Below are positions 1-9,492 of a DNA stretch of 64,000 nt, piece by piece. Every line of letters starts with the position of its first letter. Position 1 is the first letter of the stretch. A program made the position numbers and the translations under genes. The notes under the pieces are model-generated. The model was not told the origin of the DNA. It searched no databases and worked only from the letters and a program-made list of their open reading frames with translations. This DNA comes from Bacteriovoracaceae bacterium (GTDB taxonomy: Bacteria; Bdellovibrionota; Bacteriovoracia; Bacteriovoracales; Bacteriovoracaceae): positions 352,001 to 416,000 of the forward strand of contig JBLWTJ010000001.1 of assembly GCA_048270185.1 (NCBI GenBank), in the 5' to 3' direction.

Positions 1-477
1 CCAAATGATGAAATTACTCTACGACGCTGGCCAATGGAAAGCTTTAGACAGGTCATTGAAAATATTTTGAAATTAACAAATGCACAAATCTATTTAATTG
101 GCCTGCCAAAAGATCATCACGACCTAAATCATCTAATTGTCGATGAGAGTCGTGTAACAAATTTGGCCGGACAAACGACATTCGACCAGCTCTACGATTA
201 TATTGCAAAAGCGCGCTGCCTTATCTCTACTGACTCAGGCCCAGCACATATAGCTGCATTACTTCAGACACCCACAATAACAATTTACGGACCAGAAACA
301 CCTGCATACTTTGGAGTAAAGTCAAAACATGCAATTAACCTATACAAGAATATTGAATGCTCCCCTTGCTTTATTCCGTCTTCAGGCTGTATTTCCAGCT
401 GTAGAGACAATAGATGTACAAAGCTAATTACACCGAATGAAGTTATCGCAGCCTTTAATGAGGTAACGAGTATATGA
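1..477 (+). CDS. Glycosyltransferase family 9 (heptosyltransferase-like), 5'-truncated by the window edge
   Basis: Frame is open from base 1 (PNDEITLRRWPMESF); GT9 motifs DSGPAHIAA, TITIYGP and C-terminal CSPC..C..C. Confidence 0.85.
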   Translation, partial: PNDEITLRRWPMESFRQVIENILKLTNAQIYLIGLPKDHHDLNHLIVDESRVTNLAGQTTFDQLYDYIAKARCLISTDSGPAHIAALLQTPTITIYGPETPAYFGVKSKHAINLYKNIECSPCFIPSSGCISSCRDNRCTKLITPNEVIAAFNEVTSI

Positions 478-1640
478 TTGCAAGAAAGTATTACAAGGTT
501 TATATCAAAGATATTCTTTCATTTTATCTAAGAGCAAGTAAGTCCATCGACTACCTAACAGTATTTCAAGATAAAATCAAAAATACAACGAAGTTTAAAA
601 AGGCGATTGCCTTAAGAAACGGTCGAAGTGCTATTATCTTAGCTCTTAGAAATATTAGACAAGAAAATCCCGATAAGAATGAAATCATCACCTCGGCCTA
701 CAATCTAGGAGAGCTTATCCCTCTTCTTGAAAATGAGAATTTCAAAGTTAAATTAGTGGATGTTAATCCTAAGACTTGGCTTCCAACATCGACAACGATT
801 AAGGAAGCAATCAGTGAAAATACTTGTGCTATTCTTATTCCACAAATCTATGGTAACTCACAGGGTTGCACTGAAATCGCAACTTTGATTAAAAATGATT
901 ATCCTGAGATTAAATATATTAATGATTGTGCCCATGTTTTTGGAACTTCTCATATGAATATTGGCGATTATACAATCCTTAGTTTCCAGCATAATAAGCC
1001 GCTAAGTTGCGGAGGCGGTGGAATGCTCTTAACTAGTGAAGAAATCGAGTTGGCCTCATTGGTAAAAACTGAAAATATAGAAGACCTTAAAACTTTAATA
1101 AAGCAACTCATTGAGAAAGCACTCATCAATACATATCTCTATCGCTTTATTAGGCCAATACTCTTTTCTAAAACACTATCTGAAAAAATACAAGGCCTCT
1201 ATCGCAGAACTAATAACTCACCATCAATCAAGGTCATCGCTCGTCTATCACAACTTAAAGCATATCTTGGACTAAAAGAATTAGAATCTTATACTATCCA
1301 ACAAGAAACTTTGAAGAATAACTTTAAAGCTCTAAAAGGACTTTTAAACGATCAGTATATTTTTCAGCAAAGAGACGAAGATAATAATTTCTATAATGCC
1401 GTCGTTCTAACACAAGAAGACCCTGACTTATTGAGAGAGAAGTTGGCCCAACATGGATTTGATATCGGAGTAAAGACAGAAGTGATGGATGATTGTTTAA
1501 AAGTAGAAGATAGCGTAAGCTCAAAACTTGCAAAAAAGAATATACTTCTTCCGATACATATTAAAACGAATCTAAACGATATTGAGAAACTTGCAAAAAT
1601 TCTAAACGAATGTAGTCCTCGCCTGGGAAACAAAGAATGA
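474..1640 (+). CDS. DegT/DnrJ/EryC1/StrS-family PLP-dependent aminotransferase-like protein
   Basis: NGRSA, DCAH, SFQHNK (PLP lysine) and GGGG motifs; ATGA overlap with the upstream gene. Confidence 0.8.
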   Translation: MIARKYYKVYIKDILSFYLRASKSIDYLTVFQDKIKNTTKFKKAIALRNGRSAIILALRNIRQENPDKNEIITSAYNLGELIPLLENENFKVKLVDVNPKTWLPTSTTIKEAISENTCAILIPQIYGNSQGCTEIATLIKNDYPEIKYINDCAHVFGTSHMNIGDYTILSFQHNKPLSCGGGGMLLTSEEIELASLVKTENIEDLKTLIKQLIEKALINTYLYRFIRPILFSKTLSEKIQGLYRRTNNSPSIKVIARLSQLKAYLGLKELESYTIQQETLKNNFKALKGLLNDQYIFQQRDEDNNFYNAVVLTQEDPDLLREKLAQHGFDIGVKTEVMDDCLKVEDSVSSKLAKKNILLPIHIKTNLNDIEKLAKILNECSPRLGNKE

Positions 1641-2998
1641 AAGTATTGATTATAAGATGCGACTATCATGCTTCCCAAAAACAGATGCATCCAAGACATC
1701 TTCATCCCCCCTTAGATATTATTTATGTTTTAAATGCAAACTTAGATCATGAAATAGATTTTCACGATGAATGGACAGATGGAATATTGGGCAAAAACAC
1801 TAATAAAGACTATGATCTGGTTATTATTAAAGGGAGCTCATATTGCCTTGAGGAAGTCTTTAAAACTGCTTCACACTTTAAAGACAAAGAAACTCCGTGT
1901 TGGGTAATGGGTCAAGTGACATCACATTACAAGAAAACTGAAGACAAAAAGAAATGGCATGATAATTTTTCAAAAATATTTCTAGGTGAATTTGAGACTG
2001 CTCTTGAAGAGGAACTAAGAGGGCCTTCTTTGGAAAATATTATCACCAAAGCAACGCTGCCACAAAATTTAGCGACACCGACACTGACAAAAGAACAAAT
2101 GAAGAAATACCGTTTTCCGTTTCCAATAAGGGGGCATTCGATAAAATATTGGGGCTATGTTATGAGTGCATGGGGTTGCCCTTACATGAATCTTTGTACC
2201 TTCTGCTCCCCTATTGTTAGAAAGTCTGATGGACAGGCCCTGAGAAAACGTGGCACACAACTCGTTGTCGAAGATATTAAGGCCCAAATAGCTAATGGTG
2301 CGCAGGCAATATGTTTTGAAGATGATACATTAATTACTAATAAAAAATATGCCAATGAATTTCTTGATAGGATGATTGAAGAAGAAATCAAAATCCCATG
2401 GATGGCATCCTTAAGGGTTAATGAACTAGACGAAGAAATAATTAAGAAGATGGCCAAAACCGGTGCAAAACTTTTAAAATTAGGAATCGAAACAGGATCT
2501 CCAAGAATAATTGAAAAGTTAGGTAAATCACGCAGCGGTGATAAATACCTTAATCATTTAATCGACATTAAGAAGGTACTCGATAAATATGATATCGGAA
2601 TTATCGGTTTATTCATGGTGGGAAATCCCGATGAAAATCTAGCAGATATCGAAATGACCAAATCGATTATCAAACAAATCAAACCGGACTATATTCAGAT
2701 CCAAATTCTTACTCCGTACCCTGATTCGCCACTATATGAAAAATATAAAGATAAAATGCCTGTTGATTCAAATCTATACCACTACAAGAGTAATGATTTT
2801 AAATTATCACAAATTGAACATCACGACCTTCTAAATGTTCAAAAGGATATCTACAAGAAATACTATCTGGCACCGGCCTATATTATAAATCATTTCTTTA
2901 GACATATTAGACACTACCTAACACCATCAACTATGCTTTATTCAATTAAACTTAACAGTCGAATTATTAAGAATTATCTACTGCCTAATTCAAAGTAA
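1637..2998 (+). CDS. B12-binding-domain radical SAM protein
   Basis: HPPL N-terminus; WGCPYMNLCTFC cluster motif; FEDDT, GIETG, FMVGNP and TPYPDSP motifs. Confidence 0.85.
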   Translation: MKVLIIRCDYHASQKQMHPRHLHPPLDIIYVLNANLDHEIDFHDEWTDGILGKNTNKDYDLVIIKGSSYCLEEVFKTASHFKDKETPCWVMGQVTSHYKKTEDKKKWHDNFSKIFLGEFETALEEELRGPSLENIITKATLPQNLATPTLTKEQMKKYRFPFPIRGHSIKYWGYVMSAWGCPYMNLCTFCSPIVRKSDGQALRKRGTQLVVEDIKAQIANGAQAICFEDDTLITNKKYANEFLDRMIEEEIKIPWMASLRVNELDEEIIKKMAKTGAKLLKLGIETGSPRIIEKLGKSRSGDKYLNHLIDIKKVLDKYDIGIIGLFMVGNPDENLADIEMTKSIIKQIKPDYIQIQILTPYPDSPLYEKYKDKMPVDSNLYHYKSNDFKLSQIEHHDLLNVQKDIYKKYYLAPAYIINHFFRHIRHYLTPSTMLYSIKLNSRIIKNYLLPNSK

Positions 2999-4479
2999 AT
3001 AAACTTCTGTGCCTTTGTCTCAGATTGATAAACCTTCATATCAACGAGACGATTTGAACTCATTAAATTATCAATCGTAAGCTTATCGATTAAAGCAATT
3101 CTTGATTGGCTTCCGTAAGTTGTGTTAACAAAGTAATGCCCAGCAGGAAGATCATCAATTTCTTTATAACCACTACGCTCGGCCGATTTTACCTGTAAGT
3201 TTCCTTCTGATAAGAACATGATCTTTGCGGCCTCGTAATCACGAAATGCAATTATATCAAGGCCCTTTCCTTTAAAATCTTCTATAAAGGAACGATAGGT
3301 AATTACCCCATTTTCATTATAATGACGATATTCAAAAATATGAAATCTTTGAGCAAAAAAACTACTTACTAATAGAGTTCCGATCAAAATAATTTTTTGA
3401 TATGGTCTTTTCAAAAATTTTAATAGGCCAAGTAGAGTAAAGCTATAAATGAAAATAACGTAAATAATCGTTGGCTGGTAATAAGTTGAATACTCTGCTT
3501 CTTTGTGCATAAAAAGTGCGACAAGAGCAATAAGATAACAAGCAATAGCGCGGTAATATGGAATAACTCGGTATCTAACATCTTTTACACATAGGCCAAT
3601 TATCAATAATGGAAAAACAAGATAAGGCATGTCACTACCGATAAAGTCAACATATTGAGTAAATAGCGGAATTAAATGATTTGAAAGTCGATACAGTAGG
3701 CCACTATTGGTACTCACTACATTTGATGTAAATGAAGACAAGTGCAGATAAATATTAAAATATAAAAAAGGGATTAGTGAAATAATAGTAACAACAACAA
3801 AATTTAAAATATTCTTCTTAGAGAGATACTCCTTTCTTACTAAACCAAATAACGAAAAAGCCTCCCATATAAAATTGGCCTTTACTAGAAATGGAACGAG
3901 GCCAATTGTAACTCCAAGGCTTTTAAACTTTTTCTGATATAAGAATATAAGTGACAACATTAAACCGATACCAAGTAGAGATTCAGTTGTGTCATTCATA
4001 TTTAAAAAATTTAAGCGCGTATTAGTCCCTGCAACAAAGAGAACAAAGAGTCTTTCATAATACTTTAGGCCAAGTACCTTCATATAATAGAATATCAGAA
4101 GTAGAATAATCAAAATAACGGATGATTTATAAATAGCAAGAGCAGCTATTGGGCCAAAAAGAGATGATAATGATCGAATAATATTATAGGAAAGGGCCCC
4201 ATGATAATTCGAAAAAACAATAGGAATATCATTTAATGTAATCGTAGGAGATGCGCCATACTTTCGAAAAGGACCAACTTCTTCAAAATGTAATTCATGG
4301 CCAATAACACCATGTACTCTGTATTGACTTAAGGCCAAAGGGCCGTCATCTCTCAACATGGGGTCGTGTAAAATTGTAAGACTCTGAATATTTAAGAATA
4401 TTCCTAGAACAAGAAAAAAGAGGATATATTTAATTGATTTCTTATGAAAATCAATCTTAAAAAATGGATTATTATGCAC
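2974..4479 (-). CDS. Polytopic membrane protein, possibly a GT-C-fold glycosyltransferase
   Basis: About 10 hydrophobic segments, a DD motif after the first TM, a soluble C-terminal domain; converges on the glycan operon. Confidence 0.5.
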   Translation of the reverse strand: MHNNPFFKIDFHKKSIKYILFFLVLGIFLNIQSLTILHDPMLRDDGPLALSQYRVHGVIGHELHFEEVGPFRKYGASPTITLNDIPIVFSNYHGALSYNIIRSLSSLFGPIAALAIYKSSVILIILLLIFYYMKVLGLKYYERLFVLFVAGTNTRLNFLNMNDTTESLLGIGLMLSLIFLYQKKFKSLGVTIGLVPFLVKANFIWEAFSLFGLVRKEYLSKKNILNFVVVTIISLIPFLYFNIYLHLSSFTSNVVSTNSGLLYRLSNHLIPLFTQYVDFIGSDMPYLVFPLLIIGLCVKDVRYRVIPYYRAIACYLIALVALFMHKEAEYSTYYQPTIIYVIFIYSFTLLGLLKFLKRPYQKIILIGTLLVSSFFAQRFHIFEYRHYNENGVITYRSFIEDFKGKGLDIIAFRDYEAAKIMFLSEGNLQVKSAERSGYKEIDDLPAGHYFVNTTYGSQSRIALIDKLTIDNLMSSNRLVDMKVYQSETKAQKFIYFELGSR

Positions 4480-4533
4480 ATAATAATTTTATCATAATAC
4501 TAAATGTTTTCTAAATTTATTTATGAAAAGATA

Positions 4534-4558
4534 TAGGGGTCTCCTCACAAGACCCCTA
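4534..4558 (-). terminator. Stem-loop downstream of 4609..5055
   Basis: Perfect 9-bp inverted repeat TAGGGGTCT-N7-AGACCCCTA, followed on the minus strand by TATCTTTT. Confidence 0.6.
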
Positions 4559-4608
4559 AATTGATAGCCGAGAAGATCCCCAAGTCTCTTCTCAAACTGC
4601 TACGAATA

Positions 4609-5055
4609 TTATTCAACAACTAGGAAGTTGAATTCGCAAATATAGCGCTTTTTAGCTAAAAATCCTGCTTTGTAGAATTTAACATCGCCAAACACATAGC
4701 CAACAGTTGAGTTTACAATCCTATTTCTCAACTTCATACACTCAGTATATGATTTATCGTGGCTTGAAGTCAGTTTTTCCTTTATCTTTTTCTTTGATAA
4801 AACTGTGCTATAGCTATCTAGTGTTGTTTTAACTACACAAGAAAAGTCTTTCTTATCTTTTTGAACGACAAATTCAAATCCAATACCTTCAACTTTTACA
4901 TCTTTTAATTCATCATATTCAACTTCGGCTTCTAGACAAGCTGCCTTAGCAATATCTTCTTTCGATGAAGTCGCTAAGACAAGATCGACTTCTTGAATAT
5001 TCGCTAGTGTTGATACTGATAATGTTGCACATAAAATTAGAAATAATTTTCTCAT
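4609..5055 (-). CDS. Secreted hypothetical protein with paired Cys
   Basis: Signal peptide MRKLFLILCATLSVSTLA; GGGAGA Shine-Dalgarno. Confidence 0.7.
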   Translation of the reverse strand: MRKLFLILCATLSVSTLANIQEVDLVLATSSKEDIAKAACLEAEVEYDELKDVKVEGIGFEFVVQKDKKDFSCVVKTTLDSYSTVLSKKKIKEKLTSSHDKSYTECMKLRNRIVNSTVGYVFGDVKFYKAGFLAKKRYICEFNFLVVE

Positions 5056-5159
5056 AAGTTCTCTCCCGATTAATTTTTGGTTGAGAACTTATATCGACAA
5101 ATACTATTATGGTCAGTTAAAGAAAGGTAAATTACTTTCTTAACCTTGAATTAACATTT

Positions 5160-6557
5160 TTAACTTATCTTCCTTTGGAAGCCAAGAATAACGAGGCCAA
5201 GACAAAATATGGCAAAGCCGAAGATTTTTATATACCTTACCGGATCATAGAGAAGACTCATTTTTACAATGGAAGATGTCCCTTCATCTTGGGCTGCATT
5301 GACTGAATCAAGATAAATGCTCCACCCGTGTACATTCAATGGAGAATTAAGTTCAATAAAGTGATCTGACTCAGTCTCATTATCTTTAATGGTTACGCTG
5401 GCCTTATAATCCAAGAGTGAAATACCATTTTTAGACTCACTCGTTTGAAGCTCATTTAGGTAGAGACTAAATGGTAATTTAATACTCTGATGCCTAAATG
5501 AAAAATCGTAAACCTTTCCTTCTTTATCGACGATCTCCTTTGATTCATTCACAAAAATAGTCGATAGCCTTCCAACATCACCTTTAACCTGATATTTGAC
5601 CACATCATTCTTAGAATTCTTATAGTCAGTTGAAGCCTTAAAATCACGCTTAAATTGTTTATTGCGATAGAATGCATCGAGACTTACTTCTTCAGCATCA
5701 AGAGTGATTGATTTCTTAAAAGTATTTAATTTGCAATCATCAGCAAGTGAAAAAATTCCTTCTTCAGTTAGCAAATAAGCATTTGAATGACATAAGTCTT
5801 CTTTTACTTTTGTCAGCGAACGGCGAACAAGCACGGGAGCACAGCTAGCATTAACGGCCCTCAAGTCCTTAATGCAATCAAGCATCTTAGAATTTAGAAG
5901 AATAAATTCTCTATCACCTTTCTTGTAAAAGCTTCGATAATCAAGGCTATTAGTGGATAGATAAAATTGCTGAGGTTTTAAATTCTTAGAGGAACTGGAG
6001 CGTACCGTAATAACTGCACTATTTTCTCCATCCATTTCAACAAGATCATTACTTATTTGAGAATAAGGTAAGTAAGAAATTAAATAAATTGGGCCAGTAT
6101 CAAGGTTCAAGCCTTGGGGGCGAATTGAAAAATCCAAATCGATATATTGACCAAGTCCCGTTACCTTCTCCGTCACTGAAATTTGATACTTATCAGAATA
6201 GGCTTTATTAACAAATGAGCGTGGCGCCAATTGTATTGAGCCTCTGTGGGAAATAAAGCCTGAAAACATCATTGATACAAATAGAATAATAAGACCTATA
6301 TGAATTGTATAAAGTCCAATGAGTCTTTTTTTAAACGGTAGTCGTTTAAATAAACTAAGAGTTAAGGATAGAGTTACCAGACCAAGCAAGAAAGCAAAGA
6401 ATGGCCCATTAAAGATCACTGTTTGAGCAACCTTAGCTCCATAAAAATAGTCCACAATATTTCCAACAGCAAGATAACAAACGAAGAAAATCAGTAGAGA
6501 TATAGCACCATAAACACTGCTCAATGAGCGATCAATTTTTTTTATTACTTTTCTCAT
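5160..6557 (-). CDS. ResB/Ccs1-like cytochrome c biogenesis protein
   Basis: Three N-terminal TMs with GLYTIHIG; LPFSLYL and IELNSPL motifs; YDP plus C-terminal TM. Start moved to ATG 6557 on the basis of TATTCT-N6-ATG. Confidence 0.7.
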   Translation of the reverse strand: MRKVIKKIDRSLSSVYGAISLLIFFVCYLAVGNIVDYFYGAKVAQTVIFNGPFFAFLLGLVTLSLTLSLFKRLPFKKRLIGLYTIHIGLIILFVSMMFSGFISHRGSIQLAPRSFVNKAYSDKYQISVTEKVTGLGQYIDLDFSIRPQGLNLDTGPIYLISYLPYSQISNDLVEMDGENSAVITVRSSSSKNLKPQQFYLSTNSLDYRSFYKKGDREFILLNSKMLDCIKDLRAVNASCAPVLVRRSLTKVKEDLCHSNAYLLTEEGIFSLADDCKLNTFKKSITLDAEEVSLDAFYRNKQFKRDFKASTDYKNSKNDVVKYQVKGDVGRLSTIFVNESKEIVDKEGKVYDFSFRHQSIKLPFSLYLNELQTSESKNGISLLDYKASVTIKDNETESDHFIELNSPLNVHGWSIYLDSVNAAQDEGTSSIVKMSLLYDPVRYIKIFGFAIFCLGLVILGFQRKIS

Positions 6558-6606
6558 GTAAATAGAATATCGTGGGCCAATATTCGTGTCCAATGAATAA
6601 ATGATA

Positions 6607-6633
6607 TTAATTATTACCTTAACTTACCGATAA
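6607..6633 (+). promoter_or_regulatory. Sigma28 (FliA)-type promoter
   Basis: TTAA-N15-ACCGATAA, 8 nt before ATG 6642. Confidence 0.6.
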
Positions 6634-6641
6634 GATTATTA

Positions 6642-7124
6642 ATGAAAACTGTTATTTTAAGTATTATCTATTCAATTTTTTACTCCCATCTCGTCTATGC
6701 TACTTCTAGTAATCAAGAATGGGTTCATGACTTTAGCTTCGATAATATTCAAGTGTGGAAGAAAGGCAGAATGCGACTAACGGTTGAGGTAAAAACTCAA
6801 GTAAATAAATTATCTAATTATAATAAAGACAATATTGAAGAATATTTAAAATCGCGAAATTCCATACTTAAATTTGCCGATTTTCGAAACTTTAAAACTA
6901 CTCCTGCGAGTTTTAAGAAAAATGAGAAAGAAATAATAATCGACAAAAACGGTCAGTATACGAATTCAAGAAATAAGACGATAAATTTTAAAGAGCGTCA
7001 TATTCTCTACCCAAAAATGAGTATCATTTCGATGATTTCATCCAATAAAGAACTAACTAAAGAAGATATTAAAGACTTTGATGAAAAGCTCGCCTATGTC
7101 ATGGAGCAATCTCATGACAAGTAA
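6642..7124 (+). CDS. Secreted hypothetical protein
   Basis: 160-aa ORF with a signal-peptide-like N-terminus; overlaps the start of the next gene. Confidence 0.65.
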   Translation: MKTVILSIIYSIFYSHLVYATSSNQEWVHDFSFDNIQVWKKGRMRLTVEVKTQVNKLSNYNKDNIEEYLKSRNSILKFADFRNFKTTPASFKKNEKEIIIDKNGQYTNSRNKTINFKERHILYPKMSIISMISSNKELTKEDIKDFDEKLAYVMEQSHDK

Positions 7125-9492
7125 GCTAATTCTCACAATTACACTTGTTTTTAGTCTTTCAATAAGCGCCTTTGTACCAACAAGTAATTTCGAACTCGAC
7201 CAAAGTGTCATCACAAATCAGTGTTTAAATACTGATGGTATCGACATTTTAGATGAAAAGAATTCTAGGGCCCTTTGTGAAATCGTAACAAACTCCCCTG
7301 CTTGTGAAAATGTCGAATATATTAAGAAGAGACAATGCGATCCGAGAAATCAGATCGAAGCAGGCGTACAAGTAGAGTTTATCTCATGCTTAAAAGGTAT
7401 CTGGGGATCGGCCGTTGAATTTATGAAATTCATTGGCTCTATCATTGATTATATTATTGATTCTGATACTCGTACAAAGAAAAATAAAGAATTAAAAGAT
7501 ACCTATAATTCGGCCAAGCACTTTCTTGCAATGGAGTGGTCTCGTGCCATGGATGAAACTGATGGTTGGGGACCAATGCATTATTATAATGCGGCAAAGG
7601 ATTTTTCGAAAACTATCGGCGATATAATTTATAATATGCTACAAGAGACTTATTATACAACCCAGGCCAATTATGCTTGTCTAAATCCTGTTGCAAGAAC
7701 GCAGGCCATTTGTCAGTTTGCAGGTGCAGTACTTATTCCTCCAACAATTGTCATGGCAAAGATCGCTAAATACCTAATAAAGTCGGGAGTTAAAGCGACA
7801 AAGCTTCTTAAAGTAAATATTGATACTAAATTATCGCAAAGAAAACTTTTAGATGCAGATGAATTAGCAAAAAATAAGGAAGACCTCGACATTGAGAAAC
7901 TGAATCAAGCAGAAGATTTTGATAAGGCCAGTACTCGTCATGAACTTGCGGCCCAAACGAACCTCTTAGAACGACTTGATCTTGCCATGGCGAAAGTTCC
8001 AAATGATAAACCAGAAAATCTTATTAAATTCTCTAATCTAAGCACAGATTCAATGAAGGATATGCTCGACAAATTGGGAGTTCCAAGCAGTCCTGCCAAT
8101 ATTATGAAAGATGGTATTGAAGTAAAGAGGCTTCACATTACAAAAGAAGACCTAGCAAAATCAAGTACTCCTATGGCCCAACGTATGCTTAAATTTCTTG
8201 AAGGATCAAATAATAAATCACTTGTCATTTCTCCTTATGAAATGAAGAAACTGGAAAAATATGGTCATACTCAGGACAATATCGCCTATGCTTCGGCCAA
8301 AGGTCTCTCATATATTTTTGACAAAACAGATGCGAAGAAATTAGCAGCGCAAAAGCCAAGTGCACACACTTTACAAATGATTAGTAAAAACTATAGTGAT
8401 CGATCAGTTGAAAGACTTGCTAAACAACTTAACGAAGAGGGATTTGCAGTTCGCGTGATCGAGAGAAAATCAAAAGATCCTGAAACTAAAGAAGTAAAAG
8501 TCGTTAAAGGATTACAATTTAATCGTTATGCAGCAGATAATAATAACCCTGCAGTGACAAGGCTTGAGAAGTTTAGAAATAAAGACTTCAGACAAAAAAT
8601 TGTCTTCTATCCAAATAGTCATTCAAGAGCATCAGGCTCCTCTAACAGAGACACTCGAACTGTTTCTTTTAACTTTGACAATCTTGAAGAACTCATCAAT
8701 GGAGGTCATACAAATACTGTCCCCCATGAATTTAGACATGCGAAATTTGAATATAATCGCTCTAAAGGTAAAGAGTCTCTATATGACTACCGAGTAACAG
8801 CACTTAAAGAAGATAGCGTACTTCACAGTGGTCGTACCTATACAAAGTACTTCTCAATGGAAGAAGTCTACAATCATTCACAAGATATATATAAAGTAGC
8901 AAGGAAACTAGATAAAGATCCAGAAATTAAGAAATCACTTGGTACTCTCTTTGGTAAATTAGATACCATCGAAAATATCTCAAAAGGTTTTAAAGCGCAA
9001 AATGAAGCACTTGACTTTAATTTCATGAGTAATATCAACGCTCAAAATCTTAAAGTAACAACATCAAGAGGAGCTAAGGTAATCAAGGTAGCAAAAGACA
9101 GTAATATATCGGTTGTTGTCGAAAAGAATGGTTACTACACAGTTCAAGTAGTTAATGGCGATGTTCATCACGCTATTCCAATCAGTTCACAACAAGGAAA
9201 AGCTGCTTTAGAAAAAATCTTTAAAAATATCGATATTGCAGATAGACAAGGAAACTTAGAAGAAGTGGCCAAGCAGACACGCTATATTACAGACATGATT
9301 AGAAATCGTAACAAGCAAAGAGAAAGACTAGTTGATGGCCTTGCTCCAAAGATTCAAGAATTAAAACATAAGATTCAAACGACAAGCTATTCAGATAAGA
9401 GCCTTGCCGAGATTAAAGAATTATCACGGCATATTTCTCAAATGGCCAAGGGACGCAACCCTACTTCAATGCCTCAACCGCCTGGTAAATAG
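7114..9492 (+). CDS. Large secreted protein: Cys-rich N-terminal domain, hydrophobic helix, C-terminal zincin-like (HEFRH) domain
   Basis: GGAG SD before ATG 7114; signal peptide; HEFRH at 8725-8739 with a downstream EE. Confidence 0.6.
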   Translation: MTSKLILTITLVFSLSISAFVPTSNFELDQSVITNQCLNTDGIDILDEKNSRALCEIVTNSPACENVEYIKKRQCDPRNQIEAGVQVEFISCLKGIWGSAVEFMKFIGSIIDYIIDSDTRTKKNKELKDTYNSAKHFLAMEWSRAMDETDGWGPMHYYNAAKDFSKTIGDIIYNMLQETYYTTQANYACLNPVARTQAICQFAGAVLIPPTIVMAKIAKYLIKSGVKATKLLKVNIDTKLSQRKLLDADELAKNKEDLDIEKLNQAEDFDKASTRHELAAQTNLLERLDLAMAKVPNDKPENLIKFSNLSTDSMKDMLDKLGVPSSPANIMKDGIEVKRLHITKEDLAKSSTPMAQRMLKFLEGSNNKSLVISPYEMKKLEKYGHTQDNIAYASAKGLSYIFDKTDAKKLAAQKPSAHTLQMISKNYSDRSVERLAKQLNEEGFAVRVIERKSKDPETKEVKVVKGLQFNRYAADNNNPAVTRLEKFRNKDFRQKIVFYPNSHSRASGSSNRDTRTVSFNFDNLEELINGGHTNTVPHEFRHAKFEYNRSKGKESLYDYRVTALKEDSVLHSGRTYTKYFSMEEVYNHSQDIYKVARKLDKDPEIKKSLGTLFGKLDTIENISKGFKAQNEALDFNFMSNINAQNLKVTTSRGAKVIKVAKDSNISVVVEKNGYYTVQVVNGDVHHAIPISSQQGKAALEKIFKNIDIADRQGNLEEVAKQTRYITDMIRNRNKQRERLVDGLAPKIQELKHKIQTTSYSDKSLAEIKELSRHISQMAKGRNPTSMPQPPGK

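Noticed and set aside
6623..6650. dif-like 28-mer CTTACCGATAA-GATTAT-TAATGAAAACT
   Set aside because: Better explained as a sigma28 -10 box plus the start codon of 6642; the XerD arm lacks the conserved TTATG
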